Numbered from the whole stretch's first letter, positions 24,940-38,708 are shown. The stretch is 63,184 bases of DNA, filler included, from Rhabdomonas costata (GCA_019059605.1; 41 parts of 41 records of this genome joined end to end with filler, not necessarily neighbours in it); one strand, 5' to 3'. Made by a program: numbers and translations. The notes: generated by a model from the letters alone, not told the origin.

Positions 24940-25893
24940 CTCAGCAGCCCTCCGTAGATCGGCATACGCGGACTCCTGAATCTTCTCCGCCTCCCGCTTC
25001 TCCTCCGACGTCACTCGAAAGGCATTGCACTGCAACGGGTGCGGCAGGATCTCCCCCACGGGGTACTCCCCCGACGGGAACAGCGCCCGGATCGGCACCG
25101 TGGGCTCGGGCCAGGTCTGCTGCCCGGGTCCCCCAGAAGACGCCGCCTTGCCACTCTCCCCAGACGACGACGACGAGGAAGAAGACGAGGCGGCGGCCTT
25201 CTTTGCGGCGCCCTTGGCAGGCTTCCCAGAGGACTTCTCGGTCTCCTTGGGAGGAGCCGTCTCCTCGGAAGGGGTGTCTTGCTGCTGGGATGCGGGCTTC
25301 TTCTTGGGCTGCTTCTTAGGCTGTGGCTGCTGCTGCTTGGGTGCCGAGGGAGTGGTGTCGGATGCCGCCTTGGAGTCCGCCTCTGCGGCTGGCGTGTCTG
25401 AAAAAAGAGCCCAGAAGGGAAGAGTCTTGGTTGGAATTTGAGTTTAACCGTGTGAAGCCTCTTCTTTTCCTTCTTTTACATTGGAAAAGGGCTCTGACGT
25501 GTACGTGGCAGGGTTCCCCACAGGATGAATTCCCCTGGCGCTGCTCTCAGCAGAAATATTCGTTCCGGCATACACTCAACTTCATGCCATTTTCTAGCTC
25601 GTTCTTTAAAGCACCGATGAACTGCACTCTGGTGATGAATGCTTTTCTAGGAATTTCATTTACCTTAGAAACGACTCCCTCCCACCGGTGATGAACGTAT
25701 GAGCCGTCTGTGCTGCGCTGTCTGTGCTGCACACACAGAGGCACACATACAGGCACACACCCTCGCCCGCGGCAGGGTTGGCCTGGCCCTTGTTCTTCTT
25801 CTTCTTGTTCGGCTTCTTCTTCACCGCCTCGGCTTCGCCCTCCTCGTGCACCACAGGCGGCGCCACAACGACCTCCACCGAATTCTCCGCCAT
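24940..25893 (-). CDS. METAP2: Methionine aminopeptidase 2, N-terminal exons
   Basis: Exons 25893-25761 and 25397-24940. Lys-rich N-terminus, then QQTWPEPTVPIRALFPSGEYPVGEILPHP...FRVTSEEKREAE...DLRRAAE. Confidence 0.88.
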
Positions 25894-26240
25894 GCCTACG
25901 CTGCTGTGCTCCGCGCTGGCGCCCCGACTGCGCTTCCGCTTTCCCGGAAACCGGTCAAACAGTGCATGGGGCAGACTCCACATTAGGGCTCGTACCCTCC
26001 ACACGTCTTTTCGCGATTGCCAAAAGGTACCAAACTTTTCGCCGTGTAAAACGCCCCTTTTGATCAATATTAAGTGCCTAAAGGGGGACGCCATACAATC
26101 TGAATTTTATCTTTATTAAAGGAAGGGAGGACCACAAAAANNNNNNNNNNNNNNNNNNNNNNNNNNNNNNNNNNNNNNNNNNNNTTAATTAATTAANNNN
26201 NNNNNNNNNNNNNNNNNNNNNNNNNNNNNNNNNNNNNNNN

Positions 26241-27620
26241 GGTGGGGTGGGCATCGCTAGCTCCCCCGTGACCTTCGGAAATGCTGGGGGCGCAATGGTG
26301 AGGTGGTTTGTGGTGCTGGGCGAGGCCGTCGGGGTGGCCGTGGCGCTGCAGCGGGTGGCCTGCAAGGCTGCGGAGGTACCGGTGCTTGTCACGGAGGCCG
26401 TGGCGAAGCAGGTGCGAGGGGGAAGGGGTGTCATTGCGGAGATCCTGTGAGAGCCGGAACAGTTTTGCGGAACTCCTATCCACCCCCCGACCAGTATTAG
26501 ATTCGTGATCTCACTCCAGCCAACAACCTGTTAGGGTCACCCTAGTTTCCTTCTACTAACAGTGATGCCCCTGAGGTGGAACGCAGATGTGGAACGCTGC
26601 CGTCACAACCAGCGGGCCGTTACCCCCGGAGTCTGGTCGACGTTTTCCCTCCCTTGCGCAAGCATGGATTAATGCTTCATATGTTTCCCCATGGTGCTTC
26701 CTTCCCTTCCCTAAAGACCAAAACTTTGACCTGCCGTCAACTTTCAGTTTGATATTTTCCAAGCTATGCTAGCTAGCTAGTTACCGCGTAAATTTCTTCT
26801 CCCCAGCGGGTGGCCCGTGCCCACTGTCTTGAAGTTTTCACCGGCGGTATTTTATAAGTGCTTGTGCGTGGGCAGGTCGATTGTCATATTGAGTGCCTGC
26901 CTGCCGTTGTGCTTCGGTACCCCGAGTCTCGAGTGCTGGCGTGCTACCGCCCCACTCGCGAGTTCGCTAACTCAGTGGCCGACCAGGTGCGTTTTTGGGT
27001 GGCTCCAAACGCGCATTGTTTTCTTTTACCTGATGCCCGTTTTGCGTTTCAGCAAAAAATTTCCGATCTGCAGCTGGAGGTGCTGCTCGAACCAAGTTCA
27101 AAGTCTTGGCCTCAGAATTATCCTGTTCTTACGTAACCCCCTTGTGCTGGAATGTTGACTCTGCAGTGACACGGTATATCTAACCCTCTTTTGTAACTTC
27201 CTGTTTGACTACACATGTAAATCTCCACTCTGTTACCCGTTGTAAGCCTACCCCCAAGGGTCGTTTGGTTCCCTGTACTTTCCTCGTTTTTGTGCTTTTA
27301 TGCCAAAATTACTGCCACACTCGAACAATCCTCTGCCTGGCTGCCAATGAAGCTAGGTTCCAGCCGATTAATGACGTCACCCCCTCCCCGCCCTTTGAAA
27401 CTCCATCACCGGCACGTAAGTATCAGCCGATGGCCGATGGCCCCCCATGGTGGTGCTCCACTTTGATTCCTCCATTTCCCTCCCTCAACACTCCTGGCCT
27501 GTGCCTGTCGCTGCGGCCTCTCAGGAGTGGATGTACCAGCTTCACGAGCGCCATAACAGGAGTGAGCTCGCTGGGGTTCCCGGAGCCTGCTCTGCCTCTC
27601 CTCGCCGCGGGAGCTCCTCC
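26241..27620 (+). CDS. Class III adenylate/guanylate cyclase-like domain, degenerate (3 exons)
   Basis: Exons 26241-26411, 26876-26986, 27525-~27620. GIASSPVTFGNAGG..RWFVVLGEAV..A..LQ..PVLVTEAV, later EWMYQL. Confidence 0.65.
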
Positions 27621-28568
27621 CGCAGACACCAGACACAGACACCAGACACCAGACACAGACAGCCAAACACAGACACCACAAACANNNNNNNNNNNNNNNN
27701 NNNNNNNNNNNNNNNNNNNNNNNNNNNNTTAATTAATTAANNNNNNNNNNNNNNNNNNNNNNNNNNNNNNNNNNNNNNNNNNNNCGCGGATTGCCTTATC
27801 TGTGGCTGTTTCTGCATCCCCATTCGATTCATGAAGACATTTCGGTCGCTGACCTGAAACTCTGTGACCCCTCGCCCCCCCCCCCCCGCATGTCAAAAGA
27901 TTGTGTTGAAACGTGGTTTTGACATCAGAAGTGCGTTTTCTCTCCTCTCTCTCTCTCCCTCTTTTGTGGCGAGTTCATTCCTCTCTATCGATTGGCCTTT
28001 TCTTGACAATTAGCACAATACTGACCCTTTTCGGTGTCCCTTCTCAAATCACCTCAACCCCAAACCTGCCCAATGAAGTGAAAGGACGTTAGGCAATCGG
28101 ACAGACTGCAGACTGGTACACATCCTCGGAAAGGAAGCACAGCCCGTTGCGGCCTGGGACCGAAACGCATTCAGGGTACTACATCGCATTCGAGTTTGCT
28201 CGGGTGGATGAAATGATGGCACCATCCTGGGGTACTGAATGGGATGTTGGCTCCCTTCTTTTTCTTTCATGATGGCTCCCGCAGGTTTTTCTTCTGCGGC
28301 ACTGCCTTTCCCGGTTCCCAGCTCTTCATTACTGGCTGGCACCGGAGAAAAATGGGGGGCTTGGTCGGGGTAGTGCTCCTCTCTTGTTGTGGTTGGTTTG
28401 TTTTTGGGGTCTTCTTCAAGTCAAACGAAGAAACAACGAGAAGGGAAATGGTGGTGGTGCGGGGGGAAAATCGGGGTGATGGAGGAAGCGCGGGATTGGG
28501 CGCACGTGCACCTCCCCACCGATTCCCCCAAGAACTGTACACTAAACGCAAATGGACAGAGAAAGAGC

Positions 28569-28620
28569 GTGTACCAACTGAGGGGAACTGTACCAACGCC
28601 GTGTACCAACTGAGGGGAAC
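28569..28620 (+). repeat. Short direct repeat GTGTACCAACTGAGGGGAAC x2 with a partial copy between
   Basis: Direct reading. Confidence 0.8.
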
Positions 28621-29444
28621 CCACACCAAAGGACGGAGACCTCCTTCCCCACATACAAAAAACTGTATCGACAGCAAAAAGAAGAAGAGACTGAATCCAC
28701 GAAGCGCACTTCTAGCAAGGCCTTGTGGCAGAGAATCCTTGGGAGTAAAAAGCATGGTGCGGGAGGTATCCAGGAAGCTGCCAAAGGCGAAGGTCCCTCT
28801 GCAATAGCGGCACCAGGAAGAAGGAAGGGGGTAGGAGGTGATAAGAAGACGGCTTACTGCGCTTGCACAGGCTGCTGCTGCGACTGCTGCCGGGGTGAGG
28901 TCATCGCGGGAGCGAGACCTGGAGAGGTTGCCGATGGTGCTCCGGCTGAGGCTGGCAGGCGAGAAGGCGGCTGGCCTGACCGCTGCGGTGACGTGACGAG
29001 TGTGGGTATGATTGCATCGAGAGGGTTCGAGAGGGTCAATTAATCGCGCTTCTTTTGAAGGAAACGGGGAGAGGGGACAGTACACCTGTGAATTCATAAC
29101 CCTCCTACCGAATCTCTCTTTAACCTGTCTTTCGGAACATATGCGTCGGTTCCATAACCAATCATTTGCGGTCTACGCTGCAAAGAGGGACTTCCCCATC
29201 ACCAACCCTTCTCCAGTTCAAAACCACANNNNNNNNNNNNNNNNNNNNNNNNNNNNNNNNNNNNNNNNNNNNTTAATTAATTAANNNNNNNNNNNNNNNN
29301 NNNNNNNNNNNNNNNNNNNNNNNNNNNNGGGGGTTGGGGAGATTCAGCGGAAGTTCAACCATGAGTGATCTGGCATGACAACGCCTGCAGATACCGGTGT
29401 TGCCCATTCACCCATCCAAAAGAAAAGCTCAAAGGGACGTTTCC

Positions 29445-29538
29445 GAAAAGGCACCAGCCCCCCAAAGAAGCAGTGTGGGGTCTCAGAGGCCCGAGCAGCA
29501 ATGGAGCAATGCTGGTAGCCGCTGGAAAAGAGCTGCGC
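29445..29538 (+). repeat. Dispersed repeat family 1, copy 2
   Basis: Aligns with 52020-52116 and the reverse complement of 15113-15207. Confidence 0.85.
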
Positions 29539-30180
29539 GAAAAGCTCATGACCCGTGCGGCAGAACGGACGTTACATGTGGAACGTTTGGCGGTGAGCCG
29601 CTCCAGCGCGAGCACCCGTGGCCAATAGAGTGTGCGCCCGTCATTCCACAGTGGTCACCAATAGTCAACCAGGCCACAGCAAGAACGCAATACCCAACAC
29701 ACGCACACACACGCACTCTCTCTCTGCATCCTCTTCCAGCAACGGCGTTCTGACAGTTTCCAACCAATGTTGGAGAACGCTTTCCCCTTTTTTTGTGTCT
29801 GTGTGTGGCCCGATGTGTTGTGAACTCGTTTTTCATTTCATCCGCTACCCAGTTTGCCTTCAGGCTTCCCCATGGTATCTCTCCATTCTCCAGTGGCTGA
29901 AATCTGACATCCTTGCTTACCCGGGGGGGGGGGAGGCTTGGAAGCTCAGAAGTTTTGCATGCGTTCTCGATCAAGATGATCACCATTGAGGTTTTCCTCA
30001 GCGATAACGATATTATGCTGTTAATTGTACGGGGGTAGAGAGGTTTGGTGTACTTGTTTTGCGAATTCGTTGGAAAGGCGATATCACAGGTCAGTAGAAA
30101 CGATAACCCAACGTTCGATCCCGCCTATGCTGCTCGGTGTGGATGCGAGTTTGTTTCTTTGCATGGCGCACGGGTTGCAG

Positions 30181-30688
30181 GTGGAGAAGAATGGGGACAT
30201 CAAGCTTGCAGGTAAGGCGACGCTTTATTGATTGGATTGTACACCCTTGGAATTGTCTGGCGTTGTGTGTTGAAGTTTTTCCTGCCCTTGTTCTACAGAC
30301 TTTGGCCAAAGCAAAGACGCTTCAGAAGTGATGAAGACGGTCACGGGAACCACCTATTTCAGTGCGTTGCATTTTTTCTCTCCTTAGATTCCTGCGAGTT
30401 TTTTTCTCGACCAACTGACCAACGGTGGCACTTTTGTGTTTTTTCCTCGCAGTGGCCCCCGAGGTGATTAAAGGAGAGGGTTACTCCATGCTAGCGGACT
30501 TGTGGTACGAGACCCTTCCCCTTCCCCCATTTAATCTTGCCACTTCTGAAATGCTCTGCATAATTTATGAGCTGCTCCCCAAGTGGACCTCTCCCCCGTA
30601 CTTCTCTCCCACCTCCCATAGGAGCTTTGGCTGTGCTGTGATCGAGATGTTCACTGGAAAGCCCCCGTTCTCCCGCCACGGGCACCAG
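30181..30688 (+). CDS. Ser/Thr protein kinase (STE/MAP3K-like), subdomains VII-IX (4 exons)
   Basis: Exons 30181-30211, 30299-30361, 30453-30504, 30622-30688 give VEKNGDIKLADFGQSKDASEVMKTVTGTTYFMAPEVIKGEGYSMLADLWSFGCAVIEMFTGKPPF. Confidence 0.92.
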
Positions 30689-32416
30689 GTCTGCGCTGGG
30701 GCTCGCCGCCTTCCCGCTTCGACTCTCAACCATAGCATGCTGTCTTGGTGAGCCCTCCTCCACAACCCCCCCNNNNNNNNNNNNNNNNNNNNNNNNNNNN
30801 NNNNNNNNNNNNNNNNTTAATTAATTAANNNNNNNNNNNNNNNNNNNNNNNNNNNNNNNNNNNNNNNNNNNNTTTTTGTTGTAACTTTTGTGATTCCCTT
30901 CTACGTTAGATTGTTTGATTTGAGTGGACGCCACCCGCTGCCCGAAATCGCACGTATGATCAGGTTCTGGTTGACTGACCACAACTGATTCAGGTTGACG
31001 ACGGCCGAGAACAACCGGCAATGATGATCCAAGACGGTTCACAACAGACGCGGATCATCAGGATTAAGTTGACGACAAACCGCGGATATTAAGATGGCGT
31101 TTTCCAAGATAGCCTTAGGGCTACTCGGTTCTGGCAAAGAGAATGGGCTGCACTGTTTTTCGGTGTATGTGAGACAGAGCCCCAGAACGAAGGGAGGACC
31201 CTGCGCACGTAGCACCCACTACATGGAGAACGCTGGCGTTCTCCATGGCCTCAGCGGTAGGTCGACAGCTTTCGCGAGGGCGGGAACTGAGCTTGGCTCT
31301 CAGTAGTTCGCAGAGACAGTATCCGTCTTCCTCCTCGGGATTCTTAAGCTCCCAATGTCCAAGAGGTCCATCCACGAGGACGCAGAAGACCTTGGAGCGA
31401 TCCGCAAAGGGAATGTCGGCACGATCTCCACGAAGGTCTTCAGCCGATGACGTTTTGTCCGCCCTTTGGGCCTAACACCTGGCAAGCCATTTCCTGGCAG
31501 TCATTTTTGGTTTGCCTGATGCAAAAACATACCAAAATGTACATTTGCCATGCACTTTATTTGAGGTTGCTTTACTTCATATTCCTTTACGCGGAAGTTC
31601 ATCGGCAAACAATACCCAGCAGGGGAACTACTGAACCACTACCCCAACCACCACCGATGAAGCCGTTCTCCGAAAGGTCCCAAAATGGTGAGGTGCGAAG
31701 GAAAATGGGGAACCAATAAAACTCTCTAAAAGACCCAGCTCGGAAGGACTAAGGAATAGGAACGACCAAGGAAGAAATCAAAAAGTCATTCACAGGAATG
31801 GGACCAAAAAATGAACCTGTGTTCCAAGGGGAAAGAGTGTGTTTCTCGGGAACGCCGACTTCTTCCTTACCACGTCAACAGTGGACCGTGCGTCATGCAG
31901 AAAAGGGCTACTCGGTCCCTGAGCAGACCTACGCCATGAATCAAAATATTATCAACGGAGTCATACTTTTCTATTTCCCCTGTAGAAATAGAAAATGAGC
32001 ACATTTTCGCATCGCACGTTTCATTCTAGGCTAAATGCACCATGAAACCAGGCTTGTGAAGGGCCAGGAGTATTTCGGCAACGGTTTGAGCGAGGGAAAG
32101 GACGGCAAATATCTTCACCCTGGATCTGAATGTGCGCCGCAGTAGAAGTCAATGTGATCGTCCAAGAGGCTGATTCCGGTCACATAACACGCCAGGCTTT
32201 CAAAGGTTGTTTGAGTACTTCTAATTCTCGGAGAAGTCGCGGGTTGGAAGAGTGTGCGCAGGTCTGTGCCGTCGACAATGACGGCAAAGACCTGCGCACA
32301 CTCTTCCAACCCCACCNNNNNNNNNNNNNNNNNNNNNNNNNNNNNNNNNNNNNNNNNNNNTTAATTAATTAANNNNNNNNNNNNNNNNNNNNNNNNNNNN
32401 NNNNNNNNNNNNNNNN

Positions 32417-32549
32417 AGCAGGCCTAGCGCCTGGGGGTGTGGGGAATTCCAGCTACAATGGTGGCTACAGCCTGGATTATGGAGCCTACCCAAGCCAAGG
32501 GTTGTATGGTTCCTCTGCCTACGCTGGCAATCCGTCTTATGGATGGTAA
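32417..32549 (+). CDS. Gly/Tyr/Ser-rich low-complexity C-terminus (RNA-binding-protein-like tail)
   Basis: GGVGNSSYNGGYSLDYGAYPSQGLYGSSAYAGNPSYGW*, followed by pyrimidine-rich UTR-like sequence. Confidence 0.5.
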
Positions 32550-34706
32550 CAGTGGGTTTATTGGAACATTATGGAGACACTCCACAAAACCGCACTTCAG
32601 TTGCTGTTTTCAATGCACTTGGCGATGGGCTCCATCCCCACGGTTGGTATTTCACCGCCGTTGTGTTCACCGAGCACACACACGCCTCGGTTTTTATCAC
32701 TGTCAGGCAGTTATTGCTGCGCACCTTGCGCGGCACGGAGATTCACGTCTTCCGTCGCACTCAAGCTTCCTTCTTTTCTCACTTTCTCTCGCTCTCGCCT
32801 TTCCTTTATTGATTTTTTGCTCTTCCCGCGCTCTTATTTTGCATCTTCGAGCATCTTGCCGTTTGTCACTCCAAATACATACCATGTGGGCATTTTTCCT
32901 TTTTTCCTTGGGGTCCGTTAGTCCATTTTTTCGCGGAGTGGTAGTCTGATGCTGCTTCAAAGCACTGCCTGAGCCCAATGGTGACCCTTGCACCTGGCTT
33001 TCTTTCTCAGCGGCTTGGTGAGCTCTGTCTCTCACCACCACTCTGTTCTCTTCGTGGTCTTGGCCTTTGGCCTTGGTTGCGACACCAGTTTTGATCAGTG
33101 ATGTGCTTTTGCCGCCCCCGTCCCTGCACCTGTACATCTCAAGGATTCCTGTTGGGGCCCTTGTATGGATGTGTTGCTTCAGTGCAGGTAGGTATGAGCT
33201 ACTCGACTACTGTGTTGGGTTGAGAGGGATCCGCCCACCCCTATTTGGTTTGGTGGATTCTTGCCAGCTCTTGCTCAGAGGCGGGTCAAACCTAAGAGGG
33301 CTTCTGTAAACGCTGGGGGAATTATTGGGATGGGTGTAAAAGGTGTCGTGTGTTTTGTCGTTGAGGCAGTATCACGGGCGGTATCACGGGCCGTATCACG
33401 CATACCCAGCGGAAACTGGGAAAACTTCGGTAAGGCAGTTCAGGTGATCTGTGAAGAGACATATGCAGCCTCGGTCCCGCATTCGAAGGAATGCATTCAT
33501 GCACTTCAGGCACAAGTGGGATTACGAGGTTCCCTGTTCTGCGCTCAGTGACTGTAGTTGGCGAACGTTTTTCTTGTCGTGCATTCTGCTGCGTAAATAT
33601 TTTCCGCCTCAACGCAGTTTGAAGCCCGGCAGGCGCGGCGGCAACTCACAGCTCACAGTTACAACCATTTCCGAGTTGCGCCCATTTTCCAATCGTCATT
33701 TTCAGTGCTAAGGACATCAGCAGTCAGCCATGCCAGTGGACACCAGATAATGTCATATATTCCCTTGGTGGTCATGGTTCTACCCGTCCACCCACCTAAC
33801 CCTAACTGCAATTTTTTTCGCAGTAGGGTTACTTTGATTTGCTTTCAATCCCCAACACCCNNNNNNNNNNNNNNNNNNNNNNNNNNNNNNNNNNNNNNNN
33901 NNNNTTAATTAATTAANNNNNNNNNNNNNNNNNNNNNNNNNNNNNNNNNNNNNNNNNNNNGTACTCCTCCGAAGCGATGCTCGCCTTTTCTAAATTATTT
34001 CCAATTCGGAGCAATTGGTTAAAAGGCCCTGATAGAGAGAGCATTTGGACTAAAAGACATGGTTTGTGGTGTTTAAGAAATTGCAAAATTATCTGGCAAC
34101 TAGCCAGTGCGCACACGCAGAGCAGAAGTCTCTCAGGGATCCAAGGCGCAGCCGCAGAAGGGGCGGAAACATCCATCCAGAAGGAAGGGGGGCGGCAATA
34201 CCCCCAAAAAGCACGTCGAGGCCAGATTGCAGCCAAAGCGGGCATCCAATTCACTTGAAATGGCCATAACCCCAAAGAGTCCATCTGCACACTGCTGCAC
34301 AGGAAGCGACTTTATAGCGCTCGTCCAGTGAGCGGGGGGGGGGGGGGAGACCTTGCCAGCAACGACACGTGGGTGAGAGCGGCTATGCACGAGCCCGTCC
34401 TGAGAAAAAGCCAGCAGGTAGCCAGGGCCATCGGTTGCAAAACGAACGTGTGGTAGTTTCATTCCAGTAAGGTGGCCTCTTATTCATTAAATGCGGACGA
34501 GGTGACGGGGCCACATAATCGGTGTGCTGAAAGCGTCTGTAAAATGTCGAGTCTGAGGACAGGTGCAAATGCGTAAACTAGGGCCTTACGAAGGTCGGGG
34601 AAGTTACGCGGGTATGTTGCACAATTGGCCCACCATCATCTGATCTTGGACCACTATCTTGATCTTATGCCGGAGACACACCACATGCTGCAGCTTTTGC
34701 TTTCCC

Positions 34707-34967
34707 TCATGCTGGGGCAGGGTGCGCCCCCGTTGGAAGGCCAGGGCCCCCGTCCCCTTTAGAGTCCTTGGTGTCATCCTTCTGGGCCTTCTGGGTGGGA
34801 TGGTAGATCTCCGGCATGCCGAAGGGGCGGGGTCCCAGTACTCCCACCAGGTCGTCCATCCGGAGCACTTCCTTGACGACCAGGAGCTCGGCAAGCTCCT
34901 TCAGCTTGTCCCGCTTCTCCCACAGAAGCCTCTCTGTTCGCGTGGGGAAGCAGTCGTCCACCAACGT
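34707..34967 (-). CDS. FtsH/AFG3/paraplegin-type AAA metalloprotease, last exon
   Basis: LVDDCFPTRTERLLWEKRDKLKELAELLVVKEVLRMDDLVGVLGPRPF matches the peptidase M41 C-terminus of m-AAA proteases. Confidence 0.75.
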   Translation of the reverse strand, partial: TLVDDCFPTRTERLLWEKRDKLKELAELLVVKEVLRMDDLVGVLGPRPFGMPEIYHPTQKAQKDDTKDSKGDGGPGLPTGAHPAPA

Positions 34968-37900
34968 ATAACCCACAAATGAAGCGGTGCTGTGCTAAAG
35001 TGTGGCCCGCAAGTGAGGAAAGGTGGGACGCCGTTTCTAGTGATTCACAAAACCCCGAAAACGGAACTCATAGTGCTGGGAAGACCTCGCAATTCGCGCA
35101 AGCAGAAACATCCATCCGGACGAGAGGGGGGAGGGGGGAGTTAGAAAAAGAGTGCCTAACCCAAAATCCGGAGTCTTGACCACAGCATTGCCGCAAAGGA
35201 CAAAATATGAACGGGCACGCGCACTAGGACGGAGCGGCCGTGTAAACGCACTGGGACGTTACATTTTTGCGGTTGAGAATATCCCGCTCAGTCAAAGGTT
35301 ACATATGGCCCGCTTCTCAGTAAAAGAGATAATTGCACAGTTTTTTTTTCGCATTTTTCGGACCCTTATTCGCTATTGAATCCGAAATGCGAAAAAAAAA
35401 ACACNNNNNNNNNNNNNNNNNNNNNNNNNNNNNNNNNNNNNNNNNNNNTTAATTAATTAANNNNNNNNNNNNNNNNNNNNNNNNNNNNNNNNNNNNNNNN
35501 NNNNCAGGACGGCAGATGGGTGGGGAGTTTGTTCGAATTCGCGGACCATAGTACTCATTGGAAGAAACGCGGGGACCTGGTTGCAAACCGCACTTTTGTG
35601 GATTTTTTGTGTTTGTATCTTTCGGCAGTCGTTCTGGCGAACTCCTCTTCAGGCAGGGATCCAGTTTTCCAAGATCCAAAAGACTTGCCAATGCTAAAGC
35701 ATGAACCAGGCGGACCACTGCGTCTGTGAAGCGGTCCGAAGTGTTGAAAACCTATTTAATGAAGCCCGGACACGCCTGCCGTCGGGGGCTGGGGGCTGAG
35801 CCCCCTCCCCCTCCCCCTACTCAGCCAAGCCTGAAGTTTATCTGTGGACCAAGAACCGGAGCAATTTCAATCTTTGTCAATATCTTGTCAATATTACCCT
35901 CAGCCTGAAGTGAAAGAATCCACCTTAGCTTCTCAACTTTCCTTGAACTTTCCTGAAGACCTCCTCCACTCTCGCACCATAAAAACAGCCACTGAGCAAG
36001 GGACCACAGTGAGAGAACGGTCGCAGCCCCGCCCCTGCTCCAGAGTCCGAGATCCTACTCACAGGAGCTCCTCATCATCGGAGATTGGCTGTGCCGGCAC
36101 AGGGGCTTTCCGGCGGCCTCGAGCACCACCACTGCTGCGAGAGGGGCCCGAGCCGCGGCCTACGCTCATCGACGCCATCTTAGCCGTGGCAGAAGCCTGA
36201 GAGAACCCCCCCCCCCCCCCCGCCACTTCCCAGCACTCCCCAATGTGGAAGGAACGTAGCGATAGCGAAGTGATGACGCGCATAGAAAGGATGCTGGTGT
36301 GATTGTTACTCCCTGCGGTCGTCCACCGAGACTGAGTTAGATATGCACAGGGTGCAGTGGTGGGGCATCTTGGTATACCAGCATCTACCCTACCGTAAGC
36401 ATACAAAAACACTAATATCAGATCGGCCAGCCAACCGGCCTTCTCATTGGCAGGGGCCATTGCACGACTACCCCGAAGCTATACGTATGGTGAACGCCTG
36501 CGTGTCACAGATAAGATCTTGTCGACGGTGTCCATTGCTTCGGTGCTGCCTGTCCTTAGTCAGTGAGAAAAAGTTCAGGAACAGGGAGCATCCTCCTCAG
36601 AGACAAAAGAGCAAATCGCTCAGCGAACCGAAGCCTCCTGCGGGAATTGTTCATTACATACTTTTTTGTTTGCAACTTCACTTCAGAAAAACCACAGAAA
36701 TGTCCACTTCTAAGGAAAGACTGGCATCGTCGAGCCCCGGTCCTGGGGGTCTGCAGCACTCACCCCTCCCAACCTACGCCTTTCGCCTGTGCGGGCCCAC
36801 CCTTTTCGGTCTGAAGGTTCTAACCATTCCGACAAGGCCTTCGCCTTGCCCTGAACCGGTTGCATATGAATACGTAATGTAGCGAGCGCACAGCACACTG
36901 GTGCAGGCCGCTGCTGTCTCTTGGTGCTTTGGAAGCTACCCACAAAACNNNNNNNNNNNNNNNNNNNNNNNNNNNNNNNNNNNNNNNNNNNNTTAATTAA
37001 TTAANNNNNNNNNNNNNNNNNNNNNNNNNNNNNNNNNNNNNNNNNNNNATTGGGTGTGTCAATGGGGCTTTTTCCTTGTTGACTAGGGCTTTCTCTGAGT
37101 TCACACCCGGCGCGGAGAACACCATGCAAAGGAGGGGGCAATGATCCGTCGAGCCTGAAGAGCCATGAGGCAGCTGAGATGGCGGGAAGTTCAAAAGCTC
37201 CCGCCTTGAGGCGAGAACCGGAAACCGACTGACGCTGTTTATGATTGCGGTGATGTCCAAGTTTCGGTTCGCTCAAAACGTTCCCCTTTGTTTTCTTGTT
37301 TTCTCTTGAGAAAAGTCACACGCATACACACAAACCGCACAACCCTAGAAAAGAGCGTTGATATACCGGGGTAGTTTTGTTTCAGCGACTACTCGTCCTG
37401 GTCATAAAAACCGCGCGCAAGTGGGGTGGCGATTGACGACGCCCATATGAGCGGGAGTTGTAGCCAAATCCAAACTTCTCCATGAACAAAGGCTGGGCAC
37501 AGCAACAGCTTACAAGGAAGTTCCGCAGCAATGTGTCGCCAAGCGGATACCCCCGGAATAGCACACATGCAAACACAGACAGCGGCCGGGTCAGCGCGGG
37601 AAGGGAAGGCCTTGAGGACAACGAAAGAGTGGTTCCCCGCCAACCAAACCTCCGCCACGAGCAAATTAGAGCTAAGATTGGTGGAAGAAGAAGCAGAAGT
37701 CGTTCAGGGCCATTTAGTCCCAACCGCCAGTCTCCCTGCCTCTACTGTCAAGTGCACGCAAACACAGAAAAAGAGCCAACCAATTCTACCAAATCAAGAA
37801 AAGGGGGGCGATATCTCTATGCCCCCAAACACCCCAGCTTAGCGCTGACACCGGCGCACTAAGCTAGGGCGAAAACCACACTTTCAGTGCCACACAACTC

Positions 37901-38708
37901 AGGAGAGGCAGCCATTGAAGTTCGCATGTCTCTGTTGTAATTGACAAAGTGGTCAGTTGTCGTTAATCAATTTATTTTACCACTCCGTTCTCATCCGCGC
38001 CACTCGTTATTCGCTTTCCTCCGTTCGCAAACACCACTCCACTCGGAGAAACACTAGAACACGCTGGCGAATGCAAATCCCTCCTCACTGCACTGTCATT
38101 TGTTCAGTTCCATACGTAGGCTTTGCTCCCTGTTCTGTCTGAGCTTCTCTATTTTATTATCTGTTTGACCGCTCTCTCTTTTGTCAGCTCAGTGTCTCCC
38201 GTATCCTCCCCCTTCTTTTTTCATACACTCCTCTTTTGGTCACGCCCTGTGTCCGCATTGATACCCTGGATCCGGTCTTGAGAACATTTATTTCACCAAC
38301 TTTGCAGAGAAGTTCGTTTGACGGTGCTTCTGTCAGCGCGAGAATGATTGCCTCCCTCCCGTGGTTATGCTTTCCTCACTAGACGCTGCGCTGTGATGCT
38401 GTGATGTAAGGAGAGAAAAATCATCCAGGCGCGCAACAATTGGAGAAAGGGCAGAGGGTGGGAGGCAATCATTCTCGCGCTGACACAACCACNNNNNNNN
38501 NNNNNNNNNNNNNNNNNNNNNNNNNNNNNNNNNNNNTTAATTAATTAANNNNNNNNNNNNNNNNNNNNNNNNNNNNNNNNNNNNNNNNNNNNACTTTTTG
38601 GGAACTGTAATGGGCTGCATAAACTGCAATGAGTCCGCTGTGATGAGGCGGGACGTCATCATGAGGTTTGTGTAACCTTTTCCCGCTCAAGTTCAGCTTA
38701 GAATTTTT

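Noticed and set aside
33793..33806. CCTAACCCTAAC as a telomeric repeat
   Set aside because: Only two units; expected by chance.
36270..36335. Possible C/D snoRNA (GTGATGA...CTGA)
   Set aside because: No terminal stem, no clear C'/D' boxes and no recognisable rRNA-complementary guide.
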